Shown here in pieces: positions 55,535 through 63,261 of a stretch of 64,000 nt of DNA. A program made the translations under genes and the position numbers. The DNA is taken from contig CAIMZW010000146.1 of NCBI GenBank assembly GCA_903846075.1, positions 214-64,213 of the forward strand, written 5' to 3'. The notes under the pieces were generated by a model. It searched no databases, was not told the DNA's origin, and saw only the letters and a list, made by a program, of their open reading frames with translations. The DNA is from an uncultured Actinomycetes bacterium. GTDB lineage: Bacteria; Actinomycetota; Actinomycetes; Nanopelagicales; Nanopelagicaceae. The first letter of the stretch is position 1; every line of letters starts with the position of its first letter.

Positions 55535-57427
55535 TTACTTATCAAAGCGACCAGTAATAGTGAGTGGAATATCCTTAACTTCTTCTGGAAGGTCATACGG
55601 CGTCGCATAAGAAGGGACATTCGCAAAGCGTTTTACATTCACATGCAATTGCACTTGAGTGTTAGGAGCCAGCACGACTCGAAGATATTTACTGTTCACC
55701 GTTTCTTCGGTGCCGGTGAGGCGATCTGTCGCCGAGAGAATCTGATGTTCGCCAAAGGCACCGCTTTGGATGATGAGCTCGCGCTCTTCCAAGGCAGAGG
55801 TGTTCACCAATGTTAATTCGACACCTTCAGAACTTACCTTCTCAACCAACGCTGCAACATCAGAAGGCAAACCAGGTCGTTTATTCACAATGTCAAAATA
55901 ACGAACCGCAACATGCAGATGTCCACCGTGGTAGGAAAACATTGGTCCACCTAGAGTCAGATGAATCAGCGCTTCGAGAATTGCTGGTTGCAGAATCTGC
56001 CAATCGTGGATCGACATCGCCTCTCGGTAATGATCCATCGTGTATGGATTCCACTCTTCACTTTGGAATCGCTTGATCTGGAATTCAACCGCTTCTAAAT
56101 TGTTCTTCAGAATCTGAATAGGATAATCGGGCGAATATCCCCGCATGTACCCATACCAAGCCGCAGTGTGCTGTGGTCTGGCACTTCCCTGCACATAACC
56201 TTCGGTACTGATGATCTCGTTCTCTGCGACCCAACCGCGTTCGACTCTTTGCGCATCTTCTTCGGCTAACGAGATATTCCAAACCAATACGGGATGGATC
56301 GGATCTACCGGCTTGTAGTGTCCCCAACCATTATCGAAGTGGCGCTTTGGAACAACTTGTTGCCCGTTCTCTTCCTTGCGAAGCGCCCACAAGAAATCCA
56401 TCTGAGATCGAACTAAATCGAGATGACTGAGATCGCCACCAGAGAGCATGACCGCGTTAGAACCTGACACTACTAACGGTTCTAGAACAGTTAATGAACC
56501 GTGCGGCCAACGCCAACCGTAGTAACCGCCCCACCACTTGCCATCGTTATATGTTCCGATTTTCCCATCGAGACCAATGTTGTCCGGGATTACTCCCCCA
56601 TTAAGGGCAGTTCGTTCCTTCCAAGCTTGTAAATACTCTAGGACCCAGGTCTTGTACTTTTCATCGTGGTCATACGTAAAAGCATGTGTCATCAATCCAG
56701 TGGCGGTGAGGTTGACTGGAACATCGCCACGAGAGATCCGTTCGTTAATTTTCTTGATGAGCAGTGCGTACATCTCATCATCGAGCCATGGGCATTTCAT
56801 TGTGTATGGATCTACCCCAGGTAGGTCTTCAAACGGCGGTAAATAATTTTCGAGGATTTCGCGGTGGGTCATCCAATCTTCTCCGGTCTGATTGTGATTG
56901 GGACCGCGGCTTCCGGTAATTGGCGAACGAATGATCTTGTTAACAGGATCCCAGTTGGAGACTTTCTTATTCTCGCCGTTATAGAGTGCTGCAAAATTCT
57001 TAGTCCGCTGGCGATCCTTTAAAACATTGGGATTGGCTAAACCAAACCAATAGAAACCCAATAGAGCCTCACCGTGGTGCATCCAGTCATAACCGCCATC
57101 AAACTCATCTTCGATTTGCCCGTATTGAGTCCACTGCCAAGTAATCGCATCCCAAATCTTGCGATGTTCTTCATCTAACTTTGCCGAACCGCCCATGATG
57201 TAATGAAGAGTGAAGTTCATGAAACCCTCATACGGGTCATCTGAACCATCCATACCAGGCCAGAAGTCACGCCAGATTAAAGTGCCGTCAGGATTTGTGT
57301 AGCGCTTGGCGAACTCAAGCGAAGCATCATCAATGATTTTGATGAGATCACGTTCGAGCCTTGCCCACTCTGGAATCTGACCTATCGTTGACCCTATGAA
57401 CGTGGCGAAAGTGCGGGATTGGGACAT
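55535..57427 (-). CDS. Large cytoplasmic protein of unknown family (Trp-rich; possibly an alpha/alpha-toroid plus C-terminal beta-sandwich carbohydrate-active enzyme)
   Basis: 630-aa ORF with no signal peptide and a single Cys. W/Y/G-rich segments (GKWWGGYYGWRWPHG). Co-oriented with the MFS gene, with an operator-like palindrome at its promoter. I could not place it in a family by eye. Confidence 0.6.
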   Translation of the reverse strand: MSQSRTFATFIGSTIGQIPEWARLERDLIKIIDDASLEFAKRYTNPDGTLIWRDFWPGMDGSDDPYEGFMNFTLHYIMGGSAKLDEEHRKIWDAITWQWTQYGQIEDEFDGGYDWMHHGEALLGFYWFGLANPNVLKDRQRTKNFAALYNGENKKVSNWDPVNKIIRSPITGSRGPNHNQTGEDWMTHREILENYLPPFEDLPGVDPYTMKCPWLDDEMYALLIKKINERISRGDVPVNLTATGLMTHAFTYDHDEKYKTWVLEYLQAWKERTALNGGVIPDNIGLDGKIGTYNDGKWWGGYYGWRWPHGSLTVLEPLVVSGSNAVMLSGGDLSHLDLVRSQMDFLWALRKEENGQQVVPKRHFDNGWGHYKPVDPIHPVLVWNISLAEEDAQRVERGWVAENEIISTEGYVQGSARPQHTAAWYGYMRGYSPDYPIQILKNNLEAVEFQIKRFQSEEWNPYTMDHYREAMSIHDWQILQPAILEALIHLTLGGPMFSYHGGHLHVAVRYFDIVNKRPGLPSDVAALVEKVSSEGVELTLVNTSALEERELIIQSGAFGEHQILSATDRLTGTEETVNSKYLRVVLAPNTQVQLHVNVKRFANVPSYATPYDLPEEVKDIPLTITGRFDK

Positions 57428-57453
57428 GAAGAACCCTTCTGAATGTTGTCCAA

Positions 57454-57467
57454 AATCCTATATGATT
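57454..57467. promoter_or_regulatory. 14-bp palindromic operator candidate AATCCTATATGATT
   Basis: In the divergent spacer between the 630-aa gene (start 57427) and the SDR gene (ATG 57473). Confidence 0.5.
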
Positions 57468-57472
57468 CAAAG

Positions 57473-58225
57473 ATGACCGACAAGGCTAACGCGCGCGTCG
57501 TTGTAATTACTGGCGCAACAACGGGAATTGGTAAGGCCACTGCAGAAAAATTTGCGCGCAATGGCGATTACGTTCTCCTCACTTCCAATGATGAAAATCA
57601 GACCGTGAGTATGGTTTTACAGAATGAAGGCTGCGAAGTTCATTACGTTCATGCAGATTTGAAAGAGCCAGTGAAGGCAGCTTCGGCGATTCTGCAATCC
57701 GCGATTGGTCGTTGGGGGAAGATCGATATCGTCGTCAATTGCGCAGCAGTTATCAGTCACAAACCTGTTGAGACTGTTACTGAGTCAGACTGGAATCTTG
57801 TTCTCGCGATAAATCTTCAGGCGCCGTTCTTTCTTGCTCAACAAGCCTTGCCTTTCTTGAGAGAGAGCAAAGGCCACATCATCAATGTTTCCTCCATAAA
57901 TGCCATTCAAGTGAATTACAAGAATCATCTTTATGACACATCGAAAGCAGGACTCAATCATTTGACCAAAGGTCTCTCACGAGAATTCCGTTCCTCAGGT
58001 GTTCGGGTCAACGCCATCATGCCCGGCGGAACGGCGACTCCGATGGTTAAAGAATGGCTTGATCTCTATCTCGATAGACCGTGGCGTAATGAAGATTTAG
58101 ACCAACCATATGTCGCAACTCCTGAAATGATCGCAAATGGAATCTTCGCTCTTGCCTCATCAGATATGGCATGGGTCAATGGTGCCGAAATTCCGATCGA
58201 TGGCGGTTACCACCTCGGCGATTAA
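57473..58225 (+). CDS. SDR-family oxidoreductase
   Basis: Starts at MTDKANARVVVITGATTGIGKA. YDTSK catalytic motif. The ORF-track start 57443 would cover the palindrome. Confidence 0.8.
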   Translation: MTDKANARVVVITGATTGIGKATAEKFARNGDYVLLTSNDENQTVSMVLQNEGCEVHYVHADLKEPVKAASAILQSAIGRWGKIDIVVNCAAVISHKPVETVTESDWNLVLAINLQAPFFLAQQALPFLRESKGHIINVSSINAIQVNYKNHLYDTSKAGLNHLTKGLSREFRSSGVRVNAIMPGGTATPMVKEWLDLYLDRPWRNEDLDQPYVATPEMIANGIFALASSDMAWVNGAEIPIDGGYHLGD

Positions 58226-59331
58226 GAACTGAGCAAACTCAACGAATATTGTTCGGCCAGTTCTTTGCCTGCCGCAAAGAGCCACTCCCCTGTCGAAGCC
58301 ATTGCTTCTTCCTTCGAGCCGGACATGGAGGTTAGGGAAAGACCCAAAAAAGCATCATCGGGAAAATCAATCGTTGCATTCCCCACAACATAAGCGACTG
58401 GCTTATCTAGCGCCCCCGCAAGTGAGCGAACGTATCCAACGACCTTGCCATTCCAACTTTGGGAATCAAGTTGACCTTCTCCAGTGATGACTAGATCTGC
58501 CTTTTCCATTTCTTGCGGAAGACCAACCATCTCGCTGACTATTGCAGAGCCCGCGGCAAATGTTGCACCCCACGCAGCACGAAAACCATAGGCAGTTCCG
58601 CCAGCAGCACCGCTGCCAGGAGAATCTGGCACACCGCAAACCTCCACAAAACGAGCCAGCCCGCTTTCTAATTCTTGAATATCTTCTGGTGTCGCACCTT
58701 TCTGCGGACCAAAGACGGCAGCGGCTCCGTTATGTCCGAGCAACGGGTTACTGACATCAACCAAACAAACAACCCCACCTCGAGGTGGCTTGATGAAATT
58801 CGAAGTATCGATCTCCGCCAAATCAACCAGACCAGCACCTCCAAGACTTAGCTCATCTCCAAGTTCATCAAGAAAACTAAAACCTAATGCTCGAAGGGCT
58901 CCGGTTCCGCCATCGGTACTTGCAGATCCGCCAAGTGCAATAAATATCTTTGTGACTTCAGGATGCTTGCTGACCTCTTGCAAGACTTGACCAAGCCCAT
59001 AGGTATGGGAGCCAAGCGCATCTAACTCTTTGACCAAAGTGATGCCAGAAGCGCTGGCTAATTCAACGACTGCAGATCCGTTATCAAAGAGCAACCAGGT
59101 TGCACGGTTGCTACCTCCATCGGCACCCACCACAGAGATCGTGAATTTTTCAACGTCGTCTCGATTCTGCGCAATAGTTTCGACGGTTCCTTCACCACCA
59201 TCGGCCATGGGTTTTTCGATCACAACATCATTTGGTCGAACTGACTTCCATCCCAACCGTATCCATGTGGCCACATCAACGTTAAAGGTCGAGCCTTTGA
59301 ATGAGTCAGGCGCGATCACGATTCTTGGCAT
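58222..59331 (-). CDS. Glycerate kinase
   Basis: IVIAPDSFKGS N-terminus. 369 aa, typical GlxK/GarK length and pattern. Confidence 0.8.
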   Translation of the reverse strand: MPRIVIAPDSFKGSTFNVDVATWIRLGWKSVRPNDVVIEKPMADGGEGTVETIAQNRDDVEKFTISVVGADGGSNRATWLLFDNGSAVVELASASGITLVKELDALGSHTYGLGQVLQEVSKHPEVTKIFIALGGSASTDGGTGALRALGFSFLDELGDELSLGGAGLVDLAEIDTSNFIKPPRGGVVCLVDVSNPLLGHNGAAAVFGPQKGATPEDIQELESGLARFVEVCGVPDSPGSGAAGGTAYGFRAAWGATFAAGSAIVSEMVGLPQEMEKADLVITGEGQLDSQSWNGKVVGYVRSLAGALDKPVAYVVGNATIDFPDDAFLGLSLTSMSGSKEEAMASTGEWLFAAGKELAEQYSLSLLSS

Positions 59332-59357
59332 GGTTCAAGCCTAATTGGTTGAGGCAA

Positions 59358-60647
59358 TTAACTCGCACTCGGTGAGGCAGTTGCAGACGTGCTTGGAGTT
59401 GCACTCGTACTCGGATTTAGCTCCGGAGGCGTTGGATCCTTGGGATAGCGGCCAGTTCCTGAAACTCCCGAATCAGAGACAATCATGATGCGACCGGTAT
59501 CAGTTCCCAGAAGCAATCGGCCATCGGCAAGAAAGTCCAATGTTCTGATTCGATCGCCAACAGGAATAGGTTCGTCATAGAGAACTGTGTTCGTGGGAGA
59601 AATTCGAAGCCTTCGAAGTTGATTTCCTTTGAGTGAACCAACAATCAAATCACCAGCCCAGTACTTGGAAAATTCTCCTGTTGTCGGAACTTTACGAATA
59701 GTCGAAGGTGAAATCGAAGGCGTCCAGCCATAAATGGAAGCTTGGTATTTTCCGTTGGTATTGATTTTGACACCATTGGCTGGTGCAACCAGTTGATCGT
59801 ACGGCCGACCAAGAGTGACATTTGGCCAACCATAATTTTTACCCTTGAGGATTATGTTGAGTTCATCGCCACCGCGAGGGCCGTTATCGCTCTCCCAAAG
59901 AACTTTCCGAGAAGCATCCCAAAGCAACCCACCAAGATGGCGCAACCCGACCGCCATGGGAGAAATCTTCTTGGTATTCAGATCGATTGCGGTGACCGAG
60001 CCGTAATAGTTGGTGGCAGGAAACTTCTCCCCCGGCGCATAATCGATCGAAGTAGTGAGTGGGAAAATGCCAGTCACGTTGTCGACGATGCTATTGCCAC
60101 CGGCTATGTAGAGAGTGGATCCTTTGATGGCCAATCTGGCGTCATAAAAAAGATCTCCGTGTCCACATGGCGTCGATTTAAAAAGTAAAATGGGTTTGGC
60201 ATCAAGACGGGAAATCTTGTAATCATAAATTCGAGCCCCGCCACAAACAAAAGTTGAATCTGCGCCGTCGGCAACCGCTAAATAGAGGTGTTCGCCAGAG
60301 GTAATCATGTCCAAGAGCGCATTGTTCTTCGCGTAAGGCTGTGTTGGGTCAGGTACTTTGATAGTACGAATAAGCGTCAAAGTCTTCTTCACCACGGACG
60401 CTAAATACAATGTCCGGGTTGGACGGTCGCCGAGAAATACTTTAGTTCCCGAGACCGCGGTGATCACAGTTGAAGCCCCTGGAATCACAAAGGGATCGAC
60501 CTTAACCACATAAAAGTTAGTCTCTTGCTGAAAGCTCAGAGTGGGAGTGACGCTCAATGGGAAAACCACTCCGGTCGCACTTGATTGGCTGGCATACATG
60601 CCTGCAAGTGTTAAACCAACGATTACTGTCCAAGCGATCTTCTTCAT
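59358..60647 (-). CDS. Secreted PQQ-dependent sugar dehydrogenase-like beta-propeller protein
   Basis: Signal peptide MKKIAWTVIVGLTLAGMYASQSSA. GDELNIILKGKNYGWP motif. C-terminal PSTSATPSTSATASPSAS tail. Confidence 0.65.
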   Translation of the reverse strand: MKKIAWTVIVGLTLAGMYASQSSATGVVFPLSVTPTLSFQQETNFYVVKVDPFVIPGASTVITAVSGTKVFLGDRPTRTLYLASVVKKTLTLIRTIKVPDPTQPYAKNNALLDMITSGEHLYLAVADGADSTFVCGGARIYDYKISRLDAKPILLFKSTPCGHGDLFYDARLAIKGSTLYIAGGNSIVDNVTGIFPLTTSIDYAPGEKFPATNYYGSVTAIDLNTKKISPMAVGLRHLGGLLWDASRKVLWESDNGPRGGDELNIILKGKNYGWPNVTLGRPYDQLVAPANGVKINTNGKYQASIYGWTPSISPSTIRKVPTTGEFSKYWAGDLIVGSLKGNQLRRLRISPTNTVLYDEPIPVGDRIRTLDFLADGRLLLGTDTGRIMIVSDSGVSGTGRYPKDPTPPELNPSTSATPSTSATASPSAS

Positions 60648-61510
60648 CCTTGCGACTCCGAACTCTCGGCCGTTCCCGATTCGATCTCACTCCACAACGA
60701 ATGCCAACGTACTCGCAATTCGGTTCGATGCCTATCTTCCCATCCCCGAAGCACAGAAGTTGTGGGTTGGAACTCAGATCGTGAATTGGCCAGATTTGAG
60801 AGCCACTGGCTCATCACGTACGAGTCGTGATAATCACCGAGAAAGTTCTGAATTGATTCGTACTCTTTTGCTCGTCGTTTCGCTTTTTGGCCAAGAACTG
60901 AAATTGAGGCTTCACTTAAGTAGCGAGCTCGTTTGGATTTAATTCGCAATTTGTGTAATTCTCGATCGGGCGATTGTTCGTTCAGATTCAAAGCAATCGT
61001 AAAGATCTCCTTTCGACTTGCCCGACCTAATTCCTTCAGCCAGTTCTCCAGGATTCTTGGCTCTTTGCGAAAGGCAATCGAATCGACAGTCCACGATCCC
61101 AATTCCTGCATGAGTTCGGAAAAGAGTTGAGAGTCCATCGCGATTTTTAAACGCGCTCGCTCTCGTTGGCTCGCAATCGCCAAAGACAAGTGAAGCGATT
61201 TGATAACTTCTGAATCGATTTCCATACCCAACTGCTTGACATCATTATTCAGACGAAGGATAAGAACATCCACGTCCCGGACAGGTCGAACATACGAGTC
61301 CAACCACTCCAATCGATCACGTTGAAGTCGCACCCACTTTGTACCTAGGGTCGACTCAAAACTTCGAAGATGAGATCGCAACTTGCGAAGGCCGACTCGG
61401 AAATCATGCAGCGCCTCTACATCTTTGGGATTTCGTGCCGAATCTGACTTTTCGACCAAGGTTCGAATCGAAGCTTGAAAAGTCTCGGTCACGAAATCGT
61501 TGACTCTCAT
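60644..61510 (-). CDS. CHAD domain protein
   Basis: HDFRVGLRKLRSHLRSF and LHKLRIKSKRARY helices typical of CHAD. Start MRVNDF overlaps the GNAT stop (ATGA). Confidence 0.65.
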   Translation of the reverse strand: MRVNDFVTETFQASIRTLVEKSDSARNPKDVEALHDFRVGLRKLRSHLRSFESTLGTKWVRLQRDRLEWLDSYVRPVRDVDVLILRLNNDVKQLGMEIDSEVIKSLHLSLAIASQRERARLKIAMDSQLFSELMQELGSWTVDSIAFRKEPRILENWLKELGRASRKEIFTIALNLNEQSPDRELHKLRIKSKRARYLSEASISVLGQKAKRRAKEYESIQNFLGDYHDSYVMSQWLSNLANSRSEFQPTTSVLRGWEDRHRTELRVRWHSLWSEIESGTAESSESQG

Positions 61511-61911
61511 GTCAGTCTTAAAGACATCCAATTCTCGGGTCCAGCAACTTCTTCGAAACCATGGCGGCGATAGAGCTCGTGGGCATCGTTGGTGCGTAGA
61601 AGGAAGAAGATTTTCTCGCCATTCTTGAAATAATCCATGGCTCCTTGAGCAACCATTTTTCCTATCCCCTGACCTCGTCGATCTGGGTCAGCAAAGACAT
61701 CACATAGCCAAGCAAAGGTAATTCCATCCGTAACGAGACGCCCAAAACCCACAAAAGTACCTTCATCATCGAGAACTGAAATAGTCACCGAGTTGTCAAT
61801 CGATTGATTGATGACTTCAGCTGGCCGCCCCTTGGCCCAATATGCATATGTGGTCAACCATTGAACAATTTTCTCTCTATCAACATCATTCCGGTCGTAA
61901 CTAATTCTCAT
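61507..61911 (-). CDS. GNAT-family N-acetyltransferase
   Basis: Acetyl-CoA motif RRGQGIGKMV. 134 aa. Confidence 0.7.
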   Translation of the reverse strand: MRISYDRNDVDREKIVQWLTTYAYWAKGRPAEVINQSIDNSVTISVLDDEGTFVGFGRLVTDGITFAWLCDVFADPDRRGQGIGKMVAQGAMDYFKNGEKIFFLLRTNDAHELYRRHGFEEVAGPENWMSLRLT

Positions 61912-61975
61912 GCCCTCATTGTAGCGATGAGCAAAATTGGGAATTATTTATCGTCTATTGATGTTAAAATTTACC

Positions 61976-62280
61976 TAGGTCACGAACCTAAGCGCTAAGC
62001 CCTTCGGCTTGCTTAGTACCAACCGCGCAACCGCGTACGGTGGTCTGAAGGAAGACCTGCCAGTGATGACAGACAGCACTGGAAGAGCGGATCTTTCATA
62101 GGTCCAGTTAGGACTAATTGGCATGCCTGATGATCATGCAACGTTGATTGCCGAGATGCAGGTCGACCTCTACCAGTCACTTTGTCTGTGCGGGTGGATA
62201 TCCTCGATCTCGTTTCGAGAAGAGGTCGAATTGTTACGAGCACTCCATCTTCACCAGATAAAAGTGTTTGGCGAACCACG
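61976..62280. other. Unassigned helix-rich intergenic segment (candidate ncRNA or long structured leader)
   Basis: Largest spacer in the window. Contains a 9-bp long-range pair TCGACCTCT (62163-71) / AGAGGTCGA (62221-29) and hairpins CTAAGC/GCTTAG, CCAGTG/CACTGG, GCATG/CATGC, GGTCT/AGACC. An extended -10 like TGTTAAAAT sits at 61962-61970. Confidence 0.35.
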
Positions 62281-63207
62281 ATGAACGAAGGAGGTTGGGA
62301 GACCGAGAACTACGAATCGAAGGAAACTCTCTGGGAGCGAGCCAGAGAGAACGATGGAACTGTAAGAGCGGATGCCTATGGCGAATTGGCTCAACGCGCT
62401 TACCACGAGAACAACTACATAGAGGCACTCACTCTCCTGGAAGTAGCGAGAGACCTTCTTGAAGAATCCGAACCTGATGGTTACGTCCGGCAGAAGATTC
62501 ACATCTATGAAGGAATCGAACACTCGCTCTTCGCATTGGGGCGCTACGGAGATGCTGCCGAAGCTGCCTCAATCCGGGTTCAAAAAATCCGAAGTTGGGA
62601 TGAGCAAGATTTACCGGACGCGCTTCGTGATTTAGGACGGATCTGGTTCGCCGCTTCAAATTTCGAAAAATCCCTTGCGGCTCACCTTGAGGCAATCGAA
62701 TTGGTTGACCCAACTCACACCGAGATGGATTACGCCAATGATTATCTCAACATCGCAATGGCTTGTAATGGAGCCGGCAAGTTTCCCGAAGCCATTCAAT
62801 ATGCATTACTGGCTAGGGAAATATTTAAGCGCGAGAAGATCCCACTCAGCCTCGCGCAGTGCGATGGTGAATTAACTGAAAGCTATGTTGAACTTGGGGA
62901 TGGAGTAAACGCCGAGTACTACGCCAAATTAGCCCTCGATGTTTTGACCTTCATGGGGATGACATCAAGGATTCCTTATCTCCACTATCACCTAGGTGTC
63001 TCAAAACGACTGCAAGGTGAACTGGATACGGCTCTGGAACTGTTGGATGAATCAAGAGCCGAAATAGTTTCGCAAACACCGAATTACTTCTCCTTCCTGA
63101 TAAAAATAGATCGAGAAATGGCCGGAATATTGTTCTCTCAGGGCAAAGTTGGCAAGGCGAATGAGATTCTTCGTCGGATCAACACCATTGAAGAGATCAT
63201 CGACTAA
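62281..63207 (+). CDS. Tetratricopeptide-repeat protein
   Basis: Repeated about 34-aa helical units rich in A/L/Y (YHENNYIEALTLLEVA..., FAASNFEKSLAAHLEAI..., GKFPEAIQYALLAREIF...). Start uncertain: ATG 62281, with TTG 62182 and GTG 62188 in frame upstream. Confidence 0.5.
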   Translation: MNEGGWETENYESKETLWERARENDGTVRADAYGELAQRAYHENNYIEALTLLEVARDLLEESEPDGYVRQKIHIYEGIEHSLFALGRYGDAAEAASIRVQKIRSWDEQDLPDALRDLGRIWFAASNFEKSLAAHLEAIELVDPTHTEMDYANDYLNIAMACNGAGKFPEAIQYALLAREIFKREKIPLSLAQCDGELTESYVELGDGVNAEYYAKLALDVLTFMGMTSRIPYLHYHLGVSKRLQGELDTALELLDESRAEIVSQTPNYFSFLIKIDREMAGILFSQGKVGKANEILRRINTIEEIID

Positions 63208-63214
63208 AAAAGTA

Positions 63215-63247
63215 AAGAGCTCCCAGTTCTAGGCTGGGAGCTCTTTC
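63215..63247. terminator. Bidirectional intrinsic terminator
   Basis: AAAGAGCTCCCAG-ttctagg-CTGGGAGCTCTTT (13-bp stem), with a T-run on the minus-strand side (ACTTTTTT) and TTTCTC on the plus side. Lies between convergent genes. Confidence 0.8.
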
Positions 63248-63261
63248 TCGGAATTTATCTT

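Noticed and set aside
62127-62133. CUGAUGA box suggesting a hammerhead ribozyme.
   Set aside because: No downstream GAAA core and no three-helix junction can be drawn. The heptamer lies in the loop of the GCATG/CATGC hairpin.
62013-62279. 88-aa minus-strand ORF filling the long spacer.
   Set aside because: The Arg/Ser/Thr-rich translation has no hydrophobic core pattern or motif and no ribosome-binding site. The region is better explained by RNA structure.
61976-62280. Known RNA classes for the structured spacer: tRNA/tmRNA (T-arm-like GGTTCGTGACC on the minus strand), RNase P, SRP RNA (GGUCUGAAGGAAGACC resembles GGUCCGGAAGGAAGC), cobalamin riboswitch (AGACCTGCC resembles the 3' half of the B12 box).
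   Set aside because: tRNA/tmRNA: no acceptor-stem partner or CCA context, and the T-loop lacks the conserved A58. RNase P: no GGAAAGUCC or ACAGAA.CCGGCUUA elements. SRP: no GNRA tetraloop or AGCA/GGA loops, and no closing 5'/3' helix. Cobalamin: the GGGAA, AAUCC and GCCACUG core elements are missing. The resemblances are short and could be chance.
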